Below, piece after piece: positions 56,879 through 64,000 of a stretch of DNA of 64,000 nt (positions are counted from its first letter, which is position 1; every line of letters begins with the position of its first letter). The position numbers and the translations under genes were made by a program. The DNA is from a bacterium (GTDB lineage Bacteria; Patescibacteriota; Patescibacteriia; Patescibacteriales; UBA12465), in the NCBI GenBank assembly GCA_030696105.1, contig JAUYNJ010000001.1, positions 66,747 through 130,746 of the forward strand. The letters are read 5' to 3'. The notes beneath the pieces were generated by a model, which was not told the DNA's origin, searched no databases, and saw nothing but the letters and a program-made list of their open reading frames with translations.

Positions 56879-57571
56879 CTACCAATTAAGTAGCTTTAAA
56901 CCTTTGGCGGCAGCATCGACTTGTGCTTCTTGCTTAGAAGAGCCTTGGCCAGTAGCAATTAGCTCATCAGTTAAGTATAGCCCGACGGTGAAAAGTTTAG
57001 CGTGGTCGGGTCCCTCTTCAGCTAGAATATCGTAGCGCGGAGTAACACCTTTTTTTTCTTGTGCTTGCTCTTGAAAACGAGACTTTGGATCAAGATAAGC
57101 CTCTGTCTTTAATATTTCTGGCAACTTAATAATAATGCGCTCACTGATAAATTGCTTGGCTTTTTCTAAGCCCTGATCAAGATAAATAGCGCCAATCAGT
57201 GACTCCACAGCATTTGCCAAAATATAATGCCTTGATTTCTTATCCTTATCTTTAGCCTCGCCACGAGACAAATATAAATATTCCTCAAGACCTGTCTCCA
57301 TGGCAATGACGTAAAGCATTTTTGCATTAACGAGGGCGGCGCGCCAATTAGTTAAATCCCCTTCGGGCATGTCAGGGTAATTCAAGTACAAGTGTTCGGT
57401 AACGACAATTTCTAAAACAGCATCACCAAGAAACTCTAAGCGTTCGTTGTGACCGCCAGCAAACTCTGGGTGTTCGTTGAGATATGAGCGGTGCACCATC
57501 GCCTGACGTAAGATGTCGACATTCTTAAATTTAATTCCTAAAAATTTTTGTAAATTTGCCAACTCGGGCAT
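56879..57571 (-). CDS. rnc: ribonuclease III
   Basis: The signature NERLEFLGDAVLE is present, with a C-terminal dsRBD. Confidence 0.9.
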   Translation of the reverse strand: MPELANLQKFLGIKFKNVDILRQAMVHRSYLNEHPEFAGGHNERLEFLGDAVLEIVVTEHLYLNYPDMPEGDLTNWRAALVNAKMLYVIAMETGLEEYLYLSRGEAKDKDKKSRHYILANAVESLIGAIYLDQGLEKAKQFISERIIIKLPEILKTEAYLDPKSRFQEQAQEKKGVTPRYDILAEEGPDHAKLFTVGLYLTDELIATGQGSSKQEAQVDAAAKGLKLLNW

Positions 57572-57687
57572 ATATTTTTTTACGGAACGATATCGTAACG
57601 ACTCCAGAAAAAGGAGGCGCTACCAGGTCGTCTCGCAACTGTTAAATAAAGCCCGCGTCAAAACGCGGGCGATATATCTATTTTGTA

Positions 57688-58245
57688 TTACTCCTTATTA
57701 ATCGTTGACGCTTCAGATGTTTCAGACACATCAGCGGTCGAAGTTTCATCTTCCACCTTAGTTTCATCAGCAACAGCCTCGCCAGCTGACTCAAGCTTCT
57801 TGTCCCAGTGGTTATCGCGTTTACGTTTTTCTTCTTCTGGCCAGTCGTTATAGATAGCGCCTAAGACACCGTTTACAAACTTGCCTGACGCATCGCCACC
57901 AAAACTCTTGGCCACTTCAATTGCCTCATTAATAGCGACGCGCGGTGGGATTTCAGTGTAGACGAGTTCAAAAATGCCGAGTCTCAATATATTGCGGTCA
58001 ATTGTCGTAATTTGATCAAGTGGCCATTCAGTCGCAAAACGTACAATCGAGGCATCAATTTCAGCGAGATTATCGGTAACACCTTTTACTAGGTCACTAA
58101 CAAAACCGCCGTCATCAAAATTGGGCGCGAAATTTTCAAAATTATCGTGCATTAATGACTCGGTGCTATCTCCGCTCTTACCGTTAAAGTCCCAGGCAAA
58201 TAAAGTCTGCAGGGCGATTGTTCGGGCTAAGTGACGGTTTGACAT
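57688..58245 (-). CDS. nusB: transcription antitermination factor NusB with an acidic C-terminal extension
   Basis: The product starts [20 protein letters not shown]. Start moved to 58245 to avoid overlap with rpmF. Confidence 0.85.
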   Translation of the reverse strand: MSNRHLARTIALQTLFAWDFNGKSGDSTESLMHDNFENFAPNFDDGGFVSDLVKGVTDNLAEIDASIVRFATEWPLDQITTIDRNILRLGIFELVYTEIPPRVAINEAIEVAKSFGGDASGKFVNGVLGAIYNDWPEEEKRKRDNHWDKKLESAGEAVADETKVEDETSTADVSETSEASTINKE

Positions 58246-58252
58246 AGGGGTT

Positions 58253-58453
58253 TTATTTTTTTGCTTTAGCGGCCACAGTTGCAACCTTCAAGACCTGACG
58301 TCCGCGGTAAGTTCCGCAGAAAGTACAAACAGTGTGAGGCAATTTTGCCTTGCCACACTGAGCGCATTTATTTAAAGAGGTCTTCTTTAAGGCTTGATGA
58401 GCGCGATTAGTTCTGACGGCGCTGCTAGATTTCCTTTTTTTGGGGTTAGCCAT
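58253..58453 (-). CDS. rpmF: 50S ribosomal protein L32
   Basis: [19 protein letters not shown]...[20 protein letters not shown] is the L32 zinc-ribbon form. Confidence 0.9.
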   Translation of the reverse strand: MANPKKRKSSSAVRTNRAHQALKKTSLNKCAQCGKAKLPHTVCTFCGTYRGRQVLKVATVAAKAKK

Positions 58454-58559
58454 ATTATTAGTTTATGTATGATGTAGAGAATTTAGATTCAATTCCTCTA
58501 TTATTAAGTTTATCTGCTTTTAGTATAGCCAAAAAACGATAATAGTCAAATATTCGTTA

Positions 58560-60395
58560 TTAGGCAAGGGTAGGAGTGACGCTAGCTGGGCCAACAATGG
58601 CCTCAAACTCTTCCTTTTCTAAGGTCTCCTTGTCTAAAAGGGCAGCAACAACCTTCTCTAGTTTGTCGCGCTGAGCCTTCAGGATGGCTGAGGCTTTATC
58701 TGATGCTTGGCTTATATATGAATAAATTTCGTGATCGATTTGCTCAGCGATCTTTTCACTATAATCGCGTTGTTCGTGTATTTCACGACCAAGGAAGATC
58801 ATTTCCTCCTTATGACCAAAAGTACGTGGTCCGAGCACATCGCTCATACCGTAATCAGTGATTAGACTGCGAGCGACACTAGTGGCTCTTCGCAAATCGG
58901 AAGTAGCACCAGTTGTCACTTCGCCAAATACTTCCTTTTCAATTAAATGGCCCGCAAGCAGTATGGCAATATCATTTACAAAATCAGATTTTGACTGGAA
59001 ATAACGATCTTCGGTTGGAACTTTAAGAGTATAGCCACCAGCTTGTCCGCGGGCAATAATGGAGACCTTCTGAACTGGGTCGCTGTTTGGTAAAAAGTGA
59101 GCAACAACAGCATGTCCAGCTTCATGGTAGGCGGTAATCTTCTTTTCCTTATCATTAATGATTCGGCTCTTGCGCTCCGGACCAATCATTACTTTTTCAA
59201 TCGCTGAAAATAGTTCTGTCATACCAATCACCTTCTTATCTTCACGCGCCGTTAAAATAGCAGCTTCGTTTAATAGGTTAGCTAAGTCGGCACCCGAAAA
59301 TCCAGGAGTTCTTTCCGCTATACGTTTTAAATCAACCTCTTTCGCTAACGGTTTTTTCTTAACGTGCACCTTTAATATCTCTTCGCGATCCTTTAAGTCA
59401 GGTCTATCAATGACGACCTGTCTGTCAAAGCGTCCTGGACGGAGCAAGGCTGGGTCAAGCACGTCGGGGCGATTAGTGGCGGCGATGACAATAACATTTT
59501 GTGTTACTTCAAAGCCGTCCATCTCAACTAATATTTGATTTAAAGTCTGTTCTCTTTCGTCATGTGAGCCACCAAGACCGGCGCCACGGCGACGACCAAC
59601 CGCATCAATTTCATCAATAAAGACAATGCAAGGTGATTGTTTTTTTGCTTTTTGGAATAAGGAGCGCACACGTGAAGCACCAACGCCCACAAACATTTCC
59701 ACAAATTCAGAGCCTGACATATGGAAAAATGGCACACCGGCTTCACCGGCTACTGCTCGCGCTAATAGAGTTTTGCCCATGCCCGGACCACCGAGCAATA
59801 AAACACCGCGAGGAATACGCGCACCGAGTTCAATAAACTTGCGCGGAAAACGGAGGAACTCCACAACTTCATGCAACTCTTCTTTTGCCTCCTTGGCACC
59901 AGCGACATCAGCGAAGGTAATTTTTTCCTTGTTACCAAGATCAAACTCCTTAGCATTCGATTGACCAAAACTCATTGCCTTCGAATTCATGCCCTGCGCG
60001 CTGCGCATCATAAAGAAAAAAAGTAAGCCAATTAGAATGAGAGGTAAAGCAAAAGGTAAAATTGCACCCGCCCAATAAGCAAAGCCTGACGGCTCTTCAA
60101 TATTGATAGCGACACCCTGCAACTTTTCAGGGGCAATCTGGAAATTGCTTAATAATGAGGAGAGGCTTTCGCCCGCTTCCTTCTGTACCGTCTGTGTTGT
60201 TCCGTCTTTTAGAGTCACGTCGATTTCATTACCACTGACCGACATGGAGGCAACTTGTTCCTGATCAATTTGTGAAATCAAAGTCTCAATTCCAGCCTTG
60301 CTCGTTCCGTTCATCTGGGAAAAAGCGGAAAATATCGCTGCAATTACCAAAAAAACAAGGAAAAACAGGGCAAAATTCTTGAATAAACTTTTCAT
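58560..60395 (-). CDS. ftsH: ATP-dependent zinc metalloprotease FtsH
   Basis: The AAA motifs [10 protein letters not shown] and IVFIDEIDA are present, with the HEAGH zinc site and two N-terminal TM helices. Confidence 0.95.
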   Translation of the reverse strand: MKSLFKNFALFFLVFLVIAAIFSAFSQMNGTSKAGIETLISQIDQEQVASMSVSGNEIDVTLKDGTTQTVQKEAGESLSSLLSNFQIAPEKLQGVAINIEEPSGFAYWAGAILPFALPLILIGLLFFFMMRSAQGMNSKAMSFGQSNAKEFDLGNKEKITFADVAGAKEAKEELHEVVEFLRFPRKFIELGARIPRGVLLLGGPGMGKTLLARAVAGEAGVPFFHMSGSEFVEMFVGVGASRVRSLFQKAKKQSPCIVFIDEIDAVGRRRGAGLGGSHDEREQTLNQILVEMDGFEVTQNVIVIAATNRPDVLDPALLRPGRFDRQVVIDRPDLKDREEILKVHVKKKPLAKEVDLKRIAERTPGFSGADLANLLNEAAILTAREDKKVIGMTELFSAIEKVMIGPERKSRIINDKEKKITAYHEAGHAVVAHFLPNSDPVQKVSIIARGQAGGYTLKVPTEDRYFQSKSDFVNDIAILLAGHLIEKEVFGEVTTGATSDLRRATSVARSLITDYGMSDVLGPRTFGHKEEMIFLGREIHEQRDYSEKIAEQIDHEIYSYISQASDKASAILKAQRDKLEKVVAALLDKETLEKEEFEAIVGPASVTPTLA

Positions 60396-60524
60396 ATTTT
60401 TTCTAAAATAGGCTAATATTTATCTAGTATCGTAAACACTATTATATAACGTAATGATGGTTTTGGCAAGACTAAAACGCTCCCCCGAATGGAGGAGCGT
60501 TTTATATGTAGAGACAGTATTTTC

Positions 60525-61769
60525 TTATTCTTTAGTTTCCTCAGCTACCGCTTCCTCAGTCTTTTCTTCCTTATTTTTAGCTTTCTTTGTTTCCTTTTCA
60601 GTCATTTCTTCAGCTTCAACCGTTTCTTCCTTTTCCGCCTTAGCCTTAGAAGCACGCTTCTTCGGAGCAGCCTTTTCTTCACCCTCGGCGCCAGCCAACT
60701 TCAGGCCGAGACGATGTTCAGATGGAGAAATACTAACAATTTCGAAATCGCGAGTTTCACCAGCAGCAAACATTTCACCAATCTTATCTTTAGCGGCAAT
60801 ACTTAGCTGACTGATATGAGCGAGACCGTGAATTTCTTCATCAAGCTTAACAAATAGACCAAATGGGTTAATTTTTACAATCAAACCAGAAACAGTCTGG
60901 CCAATGCTGTATTTTGCACTAGCTTCCTGCCATGGATCTTTCTGTAATTTCTTTGAACTTAAGAAAATCTTACTACCATCAATGCTAACGATTTCAGCCT
61001 TAATGTGATCACCAACCTTGAAGAGTTCGCTTGGAGAATCAATACGCTGCCAAGCAATTTCAGAGATGTGAATTAAACCTTCCATACCTTCATCAAAGTT
61101 TAAGAAGACACCAAAGCTAGTAATAGCGGTCACGCGACCATCAACCACCATGCCGACGCTATAACGATCAAGCGCTGGCTTCTGCTTCTTATTCCAAACA
61201 TCCTTTTCACTGAAAATGATTTTATTCTCATCTTCATTCAAAGTGATAACGTTAACCTCAAAATCCTGACCAACAAAGGTTTTTAATTTTTCCAAGATTT
61301 TGCTCTTGTCGCCACCGCTGATGCGAGGATAGTTTTCTGGTGCGAGCTGAGATACTGGCAAGAAACCATTAATCTGACAATAACGAGCAAGTAAACCGCC
61401 CTTATTAGCATCAATGATGCGAATTTTAACGGTTGTTCTTTCCTTAAATGATTCACGTAATTGATTCCAGGCTTTTTCCTGACCAACTTGGCGGAAAGAC
61501 AATTCGAGACGACCTGTTTCATTTTCAGCCTCAATAACAGCTGCCTCTGCTTGGTCTCCTGGTTTTAAGTGAGCATACTCTTCTACTTCAACGTATAACT
61601 CTGGACCACGCACAACGCCCATTAAAACACCATCGATATCAATAATTACTTCAGACTTAGAAGCAGTGATAATAGTGCCCTTAACAATATCTCCAACTTG
61701 GGGGATATTTACTCCGTCTTTTTCAAGTAAATCTGCGAAAGTACTTGATTGTGGTTGATTATTAGACAT
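60525..61769 (-). CDS. rpsA: 30S ribosomal protein S1 (multi-S1-domain) with a Lys/Glu-rich tail
   Basis: It contains repeated S1 domains (for example GMVVDGRVTAITSFGVFLNF, GQTVSGLIVKINPFGLFVKL). Start set at ATG 61769 (MSNNQPQ). Confidence 0.85.
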   Translation of the reverse strand: MSNNQPQSSTFADLLEKDGVNIPQVGDIVKGTIITASKSEVIIDIDGVLMGVVRGPELYVEVEEYAHLKPGDQAEAAVIEAENETGRLELSFRQVGQEKAWNQLRESFKERTTVKIRIIDANKGGLLARYCQINGFLPVSQLAPENYPRISGGDKSKILEKLKTFVGQDFEVNVITLNEDENKIIFSEKDVWNKKQKPALDRYSVGMVVDGRVTAITSFGVFLNFDEGMEGLIHISEIAWQRIDSPSELFKVGDHIKAEIVSIDGSKIFLSSKKLQKDPWQEASAKYSIGQTVSGLIVKINPFGLFVKLDEEIHGLAHISQLSIAAKDKIGEMFAAGETRDFEIVSISPSEHRLGLKLAGAEGEEKAAPKKRASKAKAEKEETVEAEEMTEKETKKAKNKEEKTEEAVAEETKE

Positions 61770-61967
61770 ATAACAAAAAAGATACTTAACCACCCCTTGC
61801 AGGACAGCCCCTTAGCCACCTCCGGTCTGCCCACTGGGAAAGACCATATATCTAAGAGAATTAATAACAGGTGAGTATTTATTTTTTAAACTGCATTCAT
61901 CTTATAACAAAAACGGGAAAGAGTCAAGATTGACCCTTCCCGTTTATTTCTATATTTTTGGTAATTT

Positions 61968-63800
61968 TTAGACCTTAATAACTACCGGCAAAACCATCGG
62001 TCGGCGCTTAGTAGCAGTGAACAAGAACTGTCCCACGTCATTTCTGATTTTATTCTTAATAAAATCATCATCGGCGGGAGTCATTGGATTCTTATCTTTC
62101 ACAATACTCTTCACGCGTGAACGAGTTTTTTCAATTAAGTCACGACTTTCTTTCATATAAATGAAACCGCGGGAAATAATATCAGGATTACCAATAATGT
62201 TGCCAGTCTTAGCATCGATTGTGGCGATGATAACAATCATGCCGTCCCCGGCCATCATCAAGCGATCGCGCAGCACAACCTCAGAAACATCCCCAACACC
62301 GAGACCGTCAACCATAACGTAATCGGTCGGCACTTTCTCTTTAGTTAAAGTTCCAACAGATTGTCCTTGAGCATTTTTCTCAAACAAGACAACTTGTCCG
62401 TTATCAGCAACGAAAATTTTATCTTTAGTAATACCAACCTGTTCTGCTAACTCGGCGTGAGCGCGCAGCATATAATGATTCGCTTCAATGGGCATGAAGA
62501 ATTCAGGCTTGATAAGACGCATCATTAATTTCAGGTCTTCCGCCTTAGCGTGTCCGCCGGCGTGGATATCAAGCATTCGATAATGTATGACTTTTGCGCC
62601 TTGGCGCACAACCATATCCATTAAATTCTGAATTGATCTTTCATTACCAGGAATAACGGATGATGAAAACAATACTGTATCACCCTGCTTCAGGCTAACT
62701 GACCGATGCTCACCATTTACAACACGGCTCAGGAAAGCGTTATCTTCGCCTTGAGCACCAGTACCGATAATCATTACTTTATTGTCCGGCAAACTGTTGA
62801 GCTCGCGGTCATCAATTAATATTTTGGGGTCAAATTTTAAATAACCGACCTGCTGTGCAATTTCAACATTCGAATTCATGCTTCTGCCTTGCAGGCTGAC
62901 GCGTCGTCCATAGTGTTTTGCTAAATCGAGAATCTTTTGTACGCGGGAAATCTGTGAGGCAAAGGTGCCAATAATAATGCGGCCCTCAATTTTCTCAAAA
63001 ATGCGGCCCATCTCTTCACCAATCGCAGACTCCGAAACCTGATAACCAGGATGAGTCGCGTCGGTAGAATCAGACATCAACATTAAAATGCCTCGATTAC
63101 CAATCTGAGCAATGCGTTGTAAATCTGCCGGTTTATCATTAACCGGAGTGAAGTCGATTTTGAAGTCGCCCGTGTGAATAATTGTACCGAGAGGCGTGTT
63201 TGCAATAACCGCGAAACAATCCGGGATAGAATGATTCACGCGGAAGAATTCTAAACGGAAAGAAGCCCCAAGTTGCGTCACTGTATTCTCATCAATTTCT
63301 TTAATCTTTAGAACTGGAGCAGTTTTATATTCCATGTGGCGCTTGCGCACGAGACCGGCGGTAAGTTTACCCATAAACATCGGCGGATTACCGATTTCGC
63401 CCATGATGTGCGGGATGCCACCGATATGATCGTAGTGGCCGTGAGTAATTACGACGCCCTTAATCCAATCGATTTTATCACGAAGATAAGTAACGTTAGG
63501 AATAATGTAATCGATGCCGGGCATATCTTCTTCCGGAAACTGTAAGCCCATGTCAATAATGATAATTTCGCGATTACATTCAATGAGAGTCATGTTGCGG
63601 CCAACTTCTTCAAGCCCACCTAAAACCATGATTTTGACGTAATCGCCTTTATCATTTTTAACAAATTTCTCACTCTTTACGAATGAGTTGGGACGCGTTG
63701 GCGACCCGAAGCGTCGCCTTTTAGGCGCGCTTGAAGAAGGAGCTGCCGCAGGGCGAACGCCTTCTTTGCCGGTAACACCGGACTTAAAACGAGTAATCAT
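61968..63800 (-). CDS. rnj: ribonuclease J (metallo-beta-lactamase/beta-CASP) with a basic N-terminal extension
   Basis: VVITHGHYDHIGG is present along with the beta-CASP layout. The length is 610 aa. Confidence 0.9.
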   Translation of the reverse strand: MITRFKSGVTGKEGVRPAAAPSSSAPKRRRFGSPTRPNSFVKSEKFVKNDKGDYVKIMVLGGLEEVGRNMTLIECNREIIIIDMGLQFPEEDMPGIDYIIPNVTYLRDKIDWIKGVVITHGHYDHIGGIPHIMGEIGNPPMFMGKLTAGLVRKRHMEYKTAPVLKIKEIDENTVTQLGASFRLEFFRVNHSIPDCFAVIANTPLGTIIHTGDFKIDFTPVNDKPADLQRIAQIGNRGILMLMSDSTDATHPGYQVSESAIGEEMGRIFEKIEGRIIIGTFASQISRVQKILDLAKHYGRRVSLQGRSMNSNVEIAQQVGYLKFDPKILIDDRELNSLPDNKVMIIGTGAQGEDNAFLSRVVNGEHRSVSLKQGDTVLFSSSVIPGNERSIQNLMDMVVRQGAKVIHYRMLDIHAGGHAKAEDLKLMMRLIKPEFFMPIEANHYMLRAHAELAEQVGITKDKIFVADNGQVVLFEKNAQGQSVGTLTKEKVPTDYVMVDGLGVGDVSEVVLRDRLMMAGDGMIVIIATIDAKTGNIIGNPDIISRGFIYMKESRDLIEKTRSRVKSIVKDKNPMTPADDDFIKNKIRNDVGQFLFTATKRRPMVLPVVIKV

Positions 63801-63900
63801 AGATGATTGAAAACTAAAAATTCACAGATAGGAAGATCCTCGAGCGAGGGCCTATACCTAATAAATTTTCAATCGAGTTATTATGTAGAGTGGGCAACCT

Positions 63901-64000
63901 TTACCAGGCAATCCTTTTTTTTGTTTTGAGATACCAATCAGCGATGCCGGCAAAACGGTCATAAGGCTCACTGACGGCTGTGCCGCTAAAACCGCGAACG
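63901..64000 (-). CDS. C-terminal fragment of an unidentified protein (gene continues beyond the window)
   Basis: My own translation gives ...VRGFSGTAVSEPYDRFAGIADWYLKTKKRIAW*. This is too short to assign. Confidence 0.3.
   Translation of the reverse strand, partial: VRGFSGTAVSEPYDRFAGIADWYLKTKKRIAW

Noticed and set aside
60454-60810. Two plus-strand ORFs rich in Ser/Phe/Leu
   Set aside because: They are antisense to the Lys/Glu-rich C-terminal tail of rpsA, so the low-complexity mirror frames are spurious.

Overview
The window looks like a small, streamlined bacterial genome. It resembles Candidate Phyla Radiation/Patescibacteria, but that is my inference from gene content and rRNA architecture, not a database result. 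Most of it is housekeeping: an alpha-glucan/glycogen cluster, ruvC, yebC, gpmA, polA-murD-murI-holA, rpsT-rpsO-pnp-rpsP-trmD, infB-rbfA, rny, hup, adk, recA, rnc-nusB-rpmF, ftsH, rpsA and rnj. There are eight tRNA genes.

A 23S-5S rRNA operon on the minus strand has no adjacent 16S. Its 23S gene is interrupted by an intron that encodes a LAGLIDADG endonuclease. One tRNA, tRNA-Phe(GAA), is split in its anticodon loop by a 247-nt group I (IC3-like) intron.

The main accessory region is a visibly AT-rich island of about 11.8 kb, starting directly after tRNA-Ala (about 9959-21760). It carries:
- two divergent large serine recombinases
- an HUH rolling-circle Rep gene
- two structured hairpin repeats with a shared core
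- iteron-like repeats
- an AbiL-like ATPase/RloB module with a third gene
- a two-gene operon encoding an HTH-fused DIT1/PvcA-family (isonitrile-synthase-like) protein and an O-methyltransferase that share an extra paralogous domain

This last operon is my best candidate for an undescribed system. No CRISPR array was seen. The genetic code appears standard, with both TGA and TAG used as stops.
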